DNA of 64,000 nucleotides from Thermoplasmata archaeon (GTDB lineage Archaea > Thermoplasmatota > DTKX01 > JAHFTX01). Position 1 is the stretch's first letter. The number at the start of each line of letters is the position of its first letter. The translations under genes and the position numbers were made by a program. The notes under the pieces are model-generated. The model was given only the letters and a program-made list of their open reading frames with translations. It had not been told where the DNA came from and did not search any database. Where the stretch lies: NCBI GenBank assembly GCA_023265395.1, contig JAHFTX010000001.1:65897-129896 (forward strand), given 5' to 3'. Below are positions 50,735 through 60,546 of the stretch, piece after piece.

Positions 50735-52513
50735 ATGGCCCATCCAATCGTCTCCCTGGCGAAGCGACGGGGGTTCTACTGGCCCGCCTTCGAGATCTAT
50801 CAGGGGGTGGGGGGACTCTATGACCTTGGGCCCCTTGGAGCGCGCCTGCAGCAGGAGTTGGTCGACCTGTGGCGCTCGACCTACGTCCTGCCGGAAGGAT
50901 TCCTGGAAGTCGACACGCCGACCCTTGGTCCGGAGGTGCTCTTCCGCGCCAGCGGCCATCTTGGGGAGTTTGCCGATTTGCTGGTCTGCTGCCGGTCCTG
51001 CCAAGAGCCTTTCCGTGCCGACCATCTCCTCGAGGGAGTGCATCCCAACCCCGAAGCTCTCCCCGCGCCAGAGGTCGATGGCCTGCTGGTGCAGCATAAA
51101 GTCCGCTGCCCACGTTGCGGCGCGAGTTCCTTCGATCCCGCTCGCCCCTTCAACCTGATGTTCCAATCCAACTTCGGCCCCATCCCCGGTAGATTCGCCT
51201 ATCTGCGGCCGGAGACGGCCCAGGGGATATTCGCCAACTTCCCGGCCCTCTACAGGCTCCACCGCAAGCGGCTTCCGTTCGGCGTCGCACAGGTCGGTCG
51301 CGCTTACCGCAATGAGATCAGCCCGCGGCAGGGGTTGTTGCGATTGCGCGAGTTTGGACAGATGGAGGTCGAGTATTTCCACGGTCCGACCCCTGCCGAC
51401 AAGGACCACCCACGCTTTGGTGAGATCGCCGCTGACCTCACCTCGCTGGTGCCGGCACCTGCTGCTGGCACCCCCGCAGCCCCCGTTGCTGTGACGTTCC
51501 AGCAGGCCGTGGATCGCCACATCGTCGCCCATCGGCTCATCGCCTACCACCTAGCGCGGGTCCAGCAATTCCTCCTCCGCGCGGGGATCCCCGCGGAGCG
51601 GTTGCGCTTCCGCCAGCACGAAGCAGACGAGATGGCCCACTACGCCCTTGACTGTTGGGATGCCGAAGTCCTGCTCGAGGCTGGCTGGGTCGAGGTGGTC
51701 GGCATCGCGGACCGCGGGTGCTTCGACCTCGAGCAGCACCAGAAGGCGAGTGGCATCTCGATGGAAGCCGAGCGCATCCTTGCTGAACCACGGGAGGAGG
51801 AGGTGACGGAGGTCATCCCCAACTTCGCGACCCTCGGGCCTTCATTCAAGGGCAAGGCGAAGGCCATCGGGGAGGCCCTGCGTTCCCTGGACCACGCGGT
51901 GCTCGCTGGACCAATCACGCTGACCCTCGAGGGTGGGGAGGAGGTCGTCATCCGCTCCGACCATTTTAGCCTCTCGACGCGGAAGGAACGTAGGACCGTC
52001 GAGCCCTTCCTCCCTCATGTCGTCGAACCTAGCTTCGGCCTCTCTCGCATCCTCTATTGCGTCCTCGAGACCTGCTATCAGGTCGAGGTATCCCCCTCGG
52101 AGTCTGATGCGGAGCAGGGAACCTCCGAGCCCGAGGATGGGGAGGGATCCGCTGCCGGGGGGTACGTCCGGTTACGCCTGCCACCGGTGATTGCCCCCAC
52201 GAAGGTGGGCGTCTTCCCGCTGATGGATCGTGACGGGTTGACGGAACTGGCGCTGCAAGCCGAACGTCGAGCAATCGCGGAGGGCCTGTCTGCCTTCGTC
52301 GACACCAGTCAATCGATCGGTCGACGCTACGCCCGCGCTGACGAAGTCGGCGTCCCATTCTGCATCACCATCGACTATCAGACCAAGGAGGATGGGACGG
52401 TCACGTTGCGTCACCGGGATACGCGCACCCAAGAACGCCACTCGATCGTCGATGCGCTCTTGGCCGTCGCCGCGGCGGTCCGGAAGCCTGTTTCATTCGG
52501 CAGAGGGACCTAA
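50735..52513 (+). CDS. glyS: Glycine--tRNA ligase (alpha2 type)
   Basis: KRRGF, FNLMF, LRPETAQG, RNEISPRQGLLRLREF, EPSFG, SIGRRYARADEVG. Confidence 0.97.
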   Translation: MAHPIVSLAKRRGFYWPAFEIYQGVGGLYDLGPLGARLQQELVDLWRSTYVLPEGFLEVDTPTLGPEVLFRASGHLGEFADLLVCCRSCQEPFRADHLLEGVHPNPEALPAPEVDGLLVQHKVRCPRCGASSFDPARPFNLMFQSNFGPIPGRFAYLRPETAQGIFANFPALYRLHRKRLPFGVAQVGRAYRNEISPRQGLLRLREFGQMEVEYFHGPTPADKDHPRFGEIAADLTSLVPAPAAGTPAAPVAVTFQQAVDRHIVAHRLIAYHLARVQQFLLRAGIPAERLRFRQHEADEMAHYALDCWDAEVLLEAGWVEVVGIADRGCFDLEQHQKASGISMEAERILAEPREEEVTEVIPNFATLGPSFKGKAKAIGEALRSLDHAVLAGPITLTLEGGEEVVIRSDHFSLSTRKERRTVEPFLPHVVEPSFGLSRILYCVLETCYQVEVSPSESDAEQGTSEPEDGEGSAAGGYVRLRLPPVIAPTKVGVFPLMDRDGLTELALQAERRAIAEGLSAFVDTSQSIGRRYARADEVGVPFCITIDYQTKEDGTVTLRHRDTRTQERHSIVDALLAVAAAVRKPVSFGRGT

Positions 52514-53691
52514 GCGTCCTCATCCTTGCGAGGCTTGCGCCGGCCGCGGCTGACGGGGTGCACCGATGGCTTGCGCGTGGTCGCTTTCTTTGCTGGACCA
52601 CCGGCATGCTTGCCACGGCTAGTGGCCCGGCCGCCCTTGGGGGCAGCGCTCCGTACCCGTGTCGTCGCATGGGCGACTTTGGTCTCGGCCACCTCGTGTG
52701 TCGGAGTTGCCCGGGTCCTGTGCGGCGTGCGATGCGCGTGTCGATCTGAATCTCGATGGCGCGGGAGGGGACGCGTGCGCCCCCTCAATGCGCGGTGATT
52801 GTCGTCCTCCTTGGCGGGGGTCCGTCTCGGTGGGCCACCGACGGGATGAGAGACGAGTGAATGGAGGTCGTCCTGCAACAGGAGGGTCTCGTCGGAGATC
52901 AGGATCCCCTCGGGGAGGGGCTGGTCGTAGACATATCCGAACCAGTAGATCACCAGGCCCGACCCGAACAAGGACAGGTAGGGTGCCAGTTGCTTGGTGA
53001 GGTTGCGGCGGATTTCCACGCGGTCACCGAAGTTGGCTTTGCTCTCGATCCAGTGAATCTCGAGGTTGTCGACCACCAGGGGTTCATGCAACAGGACATC
53101 GGGGGTCTTGGTGTGTTCGCCTCGCAGGTCATTCTCCGTAAGGTAGGAGATGCCATGGCGGTCGAGCCATTCGTTCAACCGTCCCTCCCCGACCTTCCCA
53201 CGAGCGTGCTGGATATCGGTCCCCTCGGGGGAGTAGATCAGGTCTTCTTCGAGCAGCTCCTCGACCTCCTTGCGGAGTCGGCGGTCCGGGATCGTGGCGG
53301 GGTCGCGGATGTATGCCCAGAAGCGTTTGCGCGGGACGCGGTCCTCCATCAGGAGCTGATAGGCGGTGAGAATCGGGGGGAAATCCACCCGCTGGGCGAT
53401 CTGCAGCAAGCTCTCCCCGCCCTTCCATGCTGTGACCAGCTGGCGGGCTTGGGATTTTACCTTGTAGAAGCGCTTGGTCGCAGCACGCGTCACCCGCTGG
53501 GTGTAGAGGATCAGGAGCATCTCCGGGTCGTACCCCGTCTCTGCGGAGATCCGTTCGATGGATCGCCAGTGGTCGATCCGCGATTGCAGGGCCTCGTACT
53601 CCGATTGCTGCAGCAAGGCGCGCCGATAGCGGCGTGCACTGGCGGGATGATGGTCAGCCTGTGCTGGAACCTTGACACGTGACCCGGGCAC
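52510..53691 (-). CDS. CDIN1/C15orf41-like (TPD domain) PD-(D/E)xK nuclease
   Basis: KTPDVLL...HWIESKANFGD...QL..YL..FGSGLVIYWFGY; basic disordered tail. Confidence 0.82.
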   Translation of the reverse strand: MPGSRVKVPAQADHHPASARRYRRALLQQSEYEALQSRIDHWRSIERISAETGYDPEMLLILYTQRVTRAATKRFYKVKSQARQLVTAWKGGESLLQIAQRVDFPPILTAYQLLMEDRVPRKRFWAYIRDPATIPDRRLRKEVEELLEEDLIYSPEGTDIQHARGKVGEGRLNEWLDRHGISYLTENDLRGEHTKTPDVLLHEPLVVDNLEIHWIESKANFGDRVEIRRNLTKQLAPYLSLFGSGLVIYWFGYVYDQPLPEGILISDETLLLQDDLHSLVSHPVGGPPRRTPAKEDDNHRALRGRTRPLPRHRDSDRHAHRTPHRTRATPTHEVAETKVAHATTRVRSAAPKGGRATSRGKHAGGPAKKATTRKPSVHPVSRGRRKPRKDEDA

Positions 53692-53704
53692 TCGCGCGCT
53701 CCTC

Positions 53705-54847
53705 CTAGATCTCCATCTCCATCGGTTCGAGTTCGATGTCCGACAGCTGGGCGCCTTCGAGGTCTAGGGGCTTGGCCTCGGGGCGGTACTCGATGTCGAA
53801 GTCGACTTCGGCTGCAGGGAAGCTGCGGGTGGGCTCGATGTAGAGCAACTCGAAGTCGAAGGAGAGCTCGGTCGCGTCCATCGCGATCGGTTCTCCGATG
53901 GTGAACTTGCGCAACCAGTAGGTGAATTCGCTTGGGAGGTGCTCGCGCAGCTGCTCGTAGGGAAGGATGTGCCCGACCTCCCACAGCGGATGCATGATCG
54001 GACGGTCGCGGATGAGCCGTAGCAGATCATCATCCATCTGCAAGAAGAGGAGCTTCCGTCGAATCTCTCCAAGCTCCTCCTTGCTGTAGGTGCGGGGGAA
54101 GTGGCGATTGCGACGGGCAGGCTTCCCCGAACCGAACAGGAAAGGGGTCCGGATGTCCCGCAGATGTTCGACCAGCTGCTGGGCGTGAGCCCGTTCCATG
54201 AGGTCGAAGGTCAAGAGGGTGGACGCGCCAGCGGGGAGCAGGCTGATCTCCTTGTGCGGATCGAGGCTGATGAAATCGAAGGGCAGCACCGCAGTGACCC
54301 GCAGGAACCGCAGGCTGTAGTCGAGGCGGTTGGTCAGCCGCATCGCGTACTCGGGTACACCCGCTCGGATCTGCAGGGTCGCCTCGACCTCGACATCACG
54401 CCCAAGGATCAGCCCCCCCCCCTCTCCAAGGCCCCACGCCGCGCGCTGCGGGATCAGCTGGAAGGAGACTGCCCCCCGCTCCCCGGGGTGCAAGGGTCCG
54501 ATCGCCTTCGAGATAGCGTCAGACCCAAAGTCTTCCCCGAGGACCTCCGGCCGGACGACGATCCGGCGGATGGCCTGGCGGTCCTGGTTGACCACAGCGA
54601 CGGTGTACCGTACGAATCCATCTCCCCAGACCATCGTGGCGGTGACAGCGACGTCCCAGCGACTAAGGGGGTACTCGGGGGTGATCTCGTCGAGAATGGA
54701 CTCTCCGAGGTCGCTCGATTGGGTCTCAGTCTGTGCGGGCATGGGAGCGGCTGCTGGCAAGGTCGCGGCGAGGAGGGATGCTCGTCGATGGAGAGGGGGC
54801 CATATCTGCCTTGTGGCCCCGGTCGCGGGTGGTCGCTCATCCCCCAC
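53705..54847 (-). CDS. Hypothetical protein with two Ig-like beta-sandwich repeats and an acidic tail
   Basis: Repeats 'VRYTVAVVNQ...IGPLHPGERGAVSFQL' and 'YAMRLTN...ISLLPAGASTLLTFDL'. Start may be 54742. Confidence 0.65.
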   Translation of the reverse strand: MGDERPPATGATRQIWPPLHRRASLLAATLPAAAPMPAQTETQSSDLGESILDEITPEYPLSRWDVAVTATMVWGDGFVRYTVAVVNQDRQAIRRIVVRPEVLGEDFGSDAISKAIGPLHPGERGAVSFQLIPQRAAWGLGEGGGLILGRDVEVEATLQIRAGVPEYAMRLTNRLDYSLRFLRVTAVLPFDFISLDPHKEISLLPAGASTLLTFDLMERAHAQQLVEHLRDIRTPFLFGSGKPARRNRHFPRTYSKEELGEIRRKLLFLQMDDDLLRLIRDRPIMHPLWEVGHILPYEQLREHLPSEFTYWLRKFTIGEPIAMDATELSFDFELLYIEPTRSFPAAEVDFDIEYRPEAKPLDLEGAQLSDIELEPMEMEI

Positions 54848-55076
54848 TGACGGGGGGGAGGAGCGCCACCTCGTCGCCTTCGCAGATTGTCCCCTCTCCG
54901 TCTACGACCTGTCGATTCACTGCCAAGACTGCTTGGTTCCGGTACGGTCCGATGGCGGGGTTGCTGCGGCAGATCGCATCGAGGACGTCGCTGGCGGAAG
55001 CTGGGAGAATCAGACTCAAGACAAGGTGATCGCCGTTGCTGACCTCTCGAAAGAGGGCGAAGAGCTGCACTCTCAA
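54837..55076 (-). CDS. moaD: MoaD/ThiS/SAMP-family sulfur carrier
   Basis: VQLFALFRE...LAVN...EGDEVALLPPVSGG-stop; TTG start at 55076. Confidence 0.88.
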   Translation of the reverse strand: MRVQLFALFREVSNGDHLVLSLILPASASDVLDAICRSNPAIGPYRNQAVLAVNRQVVDGEGTICEGDEVALLPPVSGG

Positions 55077-55120
55077 CGTCGATGGTCCTCGCCTGCTTGC
55101 TGGCATCCGACAAACCTCGA

Positions 55121-58060
55121 CTAACCGGTGTTGCGCATACCCGCGGCGACACCGTTGAAGGTCTCCAACAACGCCCGCATCAAGGAGTGGCGACGAGATT
55201 CATCCCGCTCGGCCCGGACCCGACCCAGGAGGATGATCTGGATGAAGTTGAGCGGATCGACGATCGGGTTGCGGCGATCGATGCTCTGCCGAAGCCATGG
55301 CTGGAGTTCGAGGAGGACTTGCTGCTGGGTCAGGCGTAGGACCCAATAAACGGTCAGTTCGTACTCGGCGAACAAGGCCGCGAAGACCTCCTGCGCGAGC
55401 GCGCTATCTGTTGCGAGCCTGCCGTAGAGTCGGGCGATGTCAAGGTCGGCTTTGGCCAACCCCAACTGGGCATTGTCCAGCAGAGTCCGGAAGAAGGGCC
55501 ATTGTTCGTACATCCGCTCGAGGACGGCGATGGTCGAAGCCCCACGCGACCCGACCTCCGCCAGCGCCGTCCCCAATCCGAACCATCCGGGGACCATCGC
55601 CCGGTTCTGGGTCCAGCTAAACACCCACGGGATTGCACGCAGACTCTGGAGGGAGGCTGTCGCGTCGCGGCGGGCCGGGCGCGATCCGAGGTTGAGTGCA
55701 CTGAACTCCTCCACTGGGGTGACCGACTCGAAGTACCCCATGAAGCGCGCAGGATCACGCAGCAGGTGGCGATACGCACCCGCGGCGCTGCGACTGAGGT
55801 CATCCATCAGCGCGATCCACTGCGGAGACGGGGGATGTTGACTGCCGATCCCGTGCAGCAGGACGGACCCCAGCAGGAGTTCCAGATGCCGCCGCGCGAT
55901 GACCGGGGCGCGGTAATTGAACGCGACGACCTCTCCTTGCTCCGTCACACGCATCTTGCCGCGCACCGAGTCCAGAGGCAAGGCTGCGATCGACCCTCGG
56001 ACATCCCCCCCGCCGCGACCGAGCGTCCCCCCACGTCCGTGGAAGAAGGAGACCTCGACCCCGTGACGCTTTCCCGTCTGCACGAGGCTCGATTGCACCT
56101 GGTGGAGCTCCCATCTGCTGGTGAGGTAGCCGCCATCCTTGTTGCTGTCAGAGTATCCGATCATGATCTCCTGGTGGGCTCCATTCCCCCCGACCTGCGC
56201 CTGATTGGCGATTCGCCGATATCGCTCGTCCCCCCAGAGGCGCTCCATGATCGTCGACGCATGCTGCAGGTCCTCGATGGTCTCAAACAAGGGGACTACA
56301 GGAAGGTCGGTCGATCCCGCCAATCTCAGCAGCAACAGCACCTCGAGCACGTCACTGACGCTGGATGTCATGCTCACGACGTAGCTGCGGATCGCGGGGA
56401 GGCCGTACCTCTGTCGCAGTCGCGCCACGACGAGACAGAGGGCAAGGCTCTTTGGGATCGGCGGCACCGCCCCGGGCTCTTCATCCTGTGCGTCAAGGGC
56501 TGCAGCGAGGAGGTCAGGATCCTCTTCGGCTGGGAGCACGCTGCCCAACCATCCGAGCAGGCTCTGTGGGTCGTCGATGCAGCTCCAGAGGAGGTTCGCA
56601 CGATCACCCTCTGCCAAACTGGAGTAGGACGAGGTCACCCCTGCCGCTCGGAGGAGTTCGCCGACGTCACGCTCGTGCATCGTGGATGCTTGTCGGATAT
56701 CGAGGCCAGCAAGGTGAAACCCGAAGCAGGCGACCTTGCGCCGCAATCGCAACAGGCGCCCATCGGCGATGATGTCACACCGGCGCTGGCGAAGGACCTC
56801 ATCAAGGAGGTCCAGATCAACCATGAAGTGCTCCCCAGCCGGATACTCCAGTGGAGCGTGGCGCTCGGACCCTGCGGCGGCGGGACATCCTCCCTCGCTG
56901 GGGGAGCTTGCGGGTGCCCTCACCAGTGCCGCCAAAGAGGGGGCACCTCCCCCGTCGCGCGCCATGCCTAGCCCGCCTCCGACGGTCGCCGGTGCCAACC
57001 GCTCCCGCATGGGCTCGAGGCGCATGGCCATCAGGAGGAGCTTCTGTCGCAAGGACTCGTTGCGATTGGCCTCCGCTACCAGCGGTGCCAATGTCGGGAA
57101 TCTCTGGAGATCCTGTGACAGGGAGGTCCCGAGCCGGTGTTCGACACCGGTGGCGGGATCCGCGAGCGAGAGCTCGCCGAAGAGCGAACGGACCTCCGAC
57201 AGATAGTGGTCGATGATGACATGGCTGTGCAAGCGCAAGGCCTGCGCAGTGACGGTGAGGCTGACCGACGGGTTCCCATCGCGGTCCCCCCCCGTCCATG
57301 TGCCGAACTCCAGGCCGGTCATGATCGGGTCCTTGGTGATACCCATCGCCACAAGGCATCGCGAGAGATCATGGAGAATCGTCGGCTGGACCTGGAGGAG
57401 GCAGTGGTCGAAGTAGTAGAGGGAATTGTGGACCTCCTCGAGCACGGTCGGTCGCGCTGCACGGATGGCCTCCGTCTGCCAGAGGACCGTGATCAGCCGA
57501 TGTACCTCTACGCCGAGCTCAGCCAGCTCCGTAGGGGTCAACACTGACCGTTCACGTCGGTCCAGGACGTCGCCGAGCGCATCAATCCGCGCGAGCACGG
57601 ATCGTCGCTTGGATTCGGTCGGATGGGCCGTCAGCACCGGCATGACGTCGAGGGCCCGAACGTGCTGCAGGATGCTCGTCGATGTCTCCCCTGCAGCGAG
57701 CCTCGAACGGATCGCCTCGTGGATGGAACCTGGTCGGTTCTCCTCGGATCGACCGCGGACCCACCGGATCCGTGCGTGTTCCTCGGCGAGGTTGTCCAGT
57801 TGCAGCTGTAGGTGCAGCGCATGCACCACGAGACGCAGGCGGTCGAGCTCCAGGCCATCGAGGGTCGAAAGAATCCGTGCCTCGAGCTCCGGACTGAGGG
57901 TCGATCGACGCAGTCGGCAGTCGTGGAGCAGCTGCTCGAGCAAGGCCTCGAGGGCTACCCCACCCTGAGACCGGATAACCGACCGCAGGCCCCCGACCAG
58001 CAGGTCGAGGTCAGCCTGCAGCCGGGGGTCGCTTCCGCCCCCGAGTTCCTCGTCGAGCAC
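55121..58060 (-). CDS. ppc: Phosphoenolpyruvate carboxylase, bacterial/plant type
   Basis: VLTAHPTE, GGDRDGNP, QEIMIGYSDSNKDGG, FHGRGGTLGRGG, LRAIPWVFSWTQ, C-terminal GMRNTG. Confidence 0.95.
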   Translation of the reverse strand: MLDEELGGGSDPRLQADLDLLVGGLRSVIRSQGGVALEALLEQLLHDCRLRRSTLSPELEARILSTLDGLELDRLRLVVHALHLQLQLDNLAEEHARIRWVRGRSEENRPGSIHEAIRSRLAAGETSTSILQHVRALDVMPVLTAHPTESKRRSVLARIDALGDVLDRRERSVLTPTELAELGVEVHRLITVLWQTEAIRAARPTVLEEVHNSLYYFDHCLLQVQPTILHDLSRCLVAMGITKDPIMTGLEFGTWTGGDRDGNPSVSLTVTAQALRLHSHVIIDHYLSEVRSLFGELSLADPATGVEHRLGTSLSQDLQRFPTLAPLVAEANRNESLRQKLLLMAMRLEPMRERLAPATVGGGLGMARDGGGAPSLAALVRAPASSPSEGGCPAAAGSERHAPLEYPAGEHFMVDLDLLDEVLRQRRCDIIADGRLLRLRRKVACFGFHLAGLDIRQASTMHERDVGELLRAAGVTSSYSSLAEGDRANLLWSCIDDPQSLLGWLGSVLPAEEDPDLLAAALDAQDEEPGAVPPIPKSLALCLVVARLRQRYGLPAIRSYVVSMTSSVSDVLEVLLLLRLAGSTDLPVVPLFETIEDLQHASTIMERLWGDERYRRIANQAQVGGNGAHQEIMIGYSDSNKDGGYLTSRWELHQVQSSLVQTGKRHGVEVSFFHGRGGTLGRGGGDVRGSIAALPLDSVRGKMRVTEQGEVVAFNYRAPVIARRHLELLLGSVLLHGIGSQHPPSPQWIALMDDLSRSAAGAYRHLLRDPARFMGYFESVTPVEEFSALNLGSRPARRDATASLQSLRAIPWVFSWTQNRAMVPGWFGLGTALAEVGSRGASTIAVLERMYEQWPFFRTLLDNAQLGLAKADLDIARLYGRLATDSALAQEVFAALFAEYELTVYWVLRLTQQQVLLELQPWLRQSIDRRNPIVDPLNFIQIILLGRVRAERDESRRHSLMRALLETFNGVAAGMRNTG

Positions 58061-58113
58061 CGGGGAACGAGCGGCGCGACCCCGGATGAGGCTTTCGAGG
58101 GATGCACGCGCTC

Positions 58114-60255
58114 CTAGGTCACCCGGTAGCGGTCCTTCCGCGGGGAGTAGATGCTCCCCTCGCGAGCGAGGTTGCTGAGCAGTTCATCGAACTTCCCCCC
58201 GGCGAGATTCTGCTCTTGGGCACGCTGGACTATATCGTCGAGGTGCGCACCCTCGGAGCCTTGGAGTTCCTCGATGATGCGCAGGAGGCTCCGCCGTCGG
58301 TCATGATCGACCTGGCTGTGACCGGTCGTGACGATGGCCATGTCGATGGTCCCTCCCTCGCTCATGGCGAATCGACGCAGGAAGTAGTCGATGATCCGAA
58401 TCGCCCGGTCGACATCGGCGAGCGTGACCACCTGGGAGAGGCGCACACGCGCCGAGGCCTCAGAGAGACGGATGACCGCCTCGATCTGTCGGGCGGTCAG
58501 CGGGATGGTGCCCTCCGCGCCTTGTGCACGCATGGTCACGTAGAAGGTGACGATCTTCTCATGGGCAGCGTCCTCCATCACCGGGAAGGTGTTCCGCTTG
58601 GCGTGGGCCAGATACTTGCGCAGGAGCTCCCGGTCGATGGGAACCTCGCGGGTGGTCTGGAGGCTGGCGAGCCGCTCATCATACTGGTCATCGTAGCTGT
58701 ACGCCTGATACGTTCGGATCTCACCTTTGAGATGCTGACGGACGATGAACTCCGCCATCGAGGTGTCACGGGTGACCTCTGGGCGGTCTGTGATGGTGAA
58801 GATGACATCGAAGCGGCTGATCAAGGCCGGGTCGAGTTCGAGCTGTTCGGGGAGGGTCGACCGGTCATCGAATCGACCGAACTTGGGGTTGGCCGCTGCC
58901 AAGATGGAACAGCGACTGTGGAGCGTCGCGTGGATTCCTGCCTTGGCGATATTGACCGTCTGTTGTTCCATCGCGGTGTGGATGCTCTCGCGGTCGGTGT
59001 CGCTCATCTTGTCGAGCTCGTCGATGCAGACCATGCCCTTGTCTCCCAGCACCAGGGCACCAGCCTCGAGGGTCCAGCGCCCTTCACCGAACTCGTCTCC
59101 ATGGACGGCCGCAGCCGTCAGCCCCGCGGCTGAGGCGCCCTTGCCGGAGGTGTAGATCCCCCGCGGTGCGAGTTTGGCGATGTGGCTGAGCAGTTGGGAC
59201 TTCGCGACACCCGGGTCGCCCACGAGCAGGATGTGGATGTCCCCACGCATCCGGACCCCCTCCTCGGCCTGTTTGGGGACTCCCCCGAAGAGCTGGAGCA
59301 TCACTGCCTCCTTCTCGGTGAGCAGGCCGAAGATGCTCGGGGCGATGCTGCGGACGATCCTGTCGTAGATGTGTGGGTCGCGGCTGAGCTCGACGATCTG
59401 CGCCTCCTCCTCAGGCGTGACTTCGACCTCCTCGAACTCGACTTCCTGGTGCTCGAAGCTGTTGATGGAGAGGTAGAGGTCGAAGTCGGTGCTCTTGGCC
59501 GAGGGGCGTCCCTTCTGCCGACTTTTGAGCACCCCGCTGACGATGACCCGGTCCCCGGGGTTGAGGCTCCCGGTGATATCATCGGTCAGGGCCATCCACA
59601 GCCGTCGGGGCTGTTCCCCTCCGCGCATGTTCTCAGGGCTCTCCTGGGTCTCGATGCGTTGGGTGTCGAGGAAGGTGGACATCGGCAGCGCGGCAGCGCC
59701 CGTCGCGACCGCGTCCGGTGGGAGCTCGGTGATGAGGTCCCAGCGAGTGGATGCGCTGGTCCGGCCGCAGCCGGCGTCGGTCTTGTCGCACTCCAGGGGC
59801 TCGCGGAAGAACCCGTCCTCCTGCGGGATGAGGCTGATGTGACCGCACCGAACGCACTTGAAGGCCGCCTCGACGATCCGTGGCCGTACCTCTGTGGCCC
59901 GTCGTACGATGCCTTCGATCGCGACGAAGGCGCCCACGTGTTCTGCCCGTAGGTGACGGATCTCGCGGCGCGCCGACGTCGGCAGGTGGTGGACCCGCAC
60001 ATGGACCGGGACCTTGGCGTCTGGGGGGAGGTTGGCCCGAAGCGCCAGGCGCGCCTGATGCAGGACCCGTTCGGGATAATCGAGGAGGTATGAGGCGAGA
60101 TCCGTGTTGAAGCGGGTGACGTCGCGATAGTCGATGAGGAGTGACCTGCGGTCGGGATACTCGTTGGCGATGAGATCGAGATCGCCCTGGTGGTATTCAC
60201 GGAAGAAGGAATCCCATTCCGTCCGAAGGTCCGCCAAGGTGAAGTCCCGAGTCAT
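58114..60255 (-). CDS. mcm: Replicative helicase MCM
   Basis: Zn finger CVRC...C...C, GDPGVAKSQ, IDELDKM, AANPKFGRF, SRFD, TARQIE. Confidence 0.96.
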   Translation of the reverse strand: MTRDFTLADLRTEWDSFFREYHQGDLDLIANEYPDRRSLLIDYRDVTRFNTDLASYLLDYPERVLHQARLALRANLPPDAKVPVHVRVHHLPTSARREIRHLRAEHVGAFVAIEGIVRRATEVRPRIVEAAFKCVRCGHISLIPQEDGFFREPLECDKTDAGCGRTSASTRWDLITELPPDAVATGAAALPMSTFLDTQRIETQESPENMRGGEQPRRLWMALTDDITGSLNPGDRVIVSGVLKSRQKGRPSAKSTDFDLYLSINSFEHQEVEFEEVEVTPEEEAQIVELSRDPHIYDRIVRSIAPSIFGLLTEKEAVMLQLFGGVPKQAEEGVRMRGDIHILLVGDPGVAKSQLLSHIAKLAPRGIYTSGKGASAAGLTAAAVHGDEFGEGRWTLEAGALVLGDKGMVCIDELDKMSDTDRESIHTAMEQQTVNIAKAGIHATLHSRCSILAAANPKFGRFDDRSTLPEQLELDPALISRFDVIFTITDRPEVTRDTSMAEFIVRQHLKGEIRTYQAYSYDDQYDERLASLQTTREVPIDRELLRKYLAHAKRNTFPVMEDAAHEKIVTFYVTMRAQGAEGTIPLTARQIEAVIRLSEASARVRLSQVVTLADVDRAIRIIDYFLRRFAMSEGGTIDMAIVTTGHSQVDHDRRRSLLRIIEELQGSEGAHLDDIVQRAQEQNLAGGKFDELLSNLAREGSIYSPRKDRYRVT

Positions 60256-60546
60256 CGCCAACCATCCTCCGTTGCCACTGTTTCTTGTGGGGTCGCTCCA
60301 TGGCTGCAAGGCCTTGCGCGTGATGTCTCCCGATTGGTCGGGACCTTAATGTCCCCCTCCACCGTCCGCTGGGGCTCCCCGAAGGGTTGCTGATGGGTGC
60401 CCCCGAGGGGTCTGCTCCGTGGGAACGCGACCACGATAAGGTCAAGGGGGAGGGGAAGGTGAGAGTGGCACGGATTCTCGGCCATCTCTCGAATGAAAGC
60501 GGGCGGTCCGCCGGCCTACACTGGAAACGCCGCAGGCGGCTCCCGC

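Noticed and set aside
54837-55076. MoaD-like Ubl as the modifier for the E2 operon
   Set aside because: It has the classic MoaD/SAMP1 signature (GDEVALLPPVSGG), lies 37 kb away, and Moco-dependent enzymes are present. The E2 operon has its own Ubl. A shared E1 remains possible.
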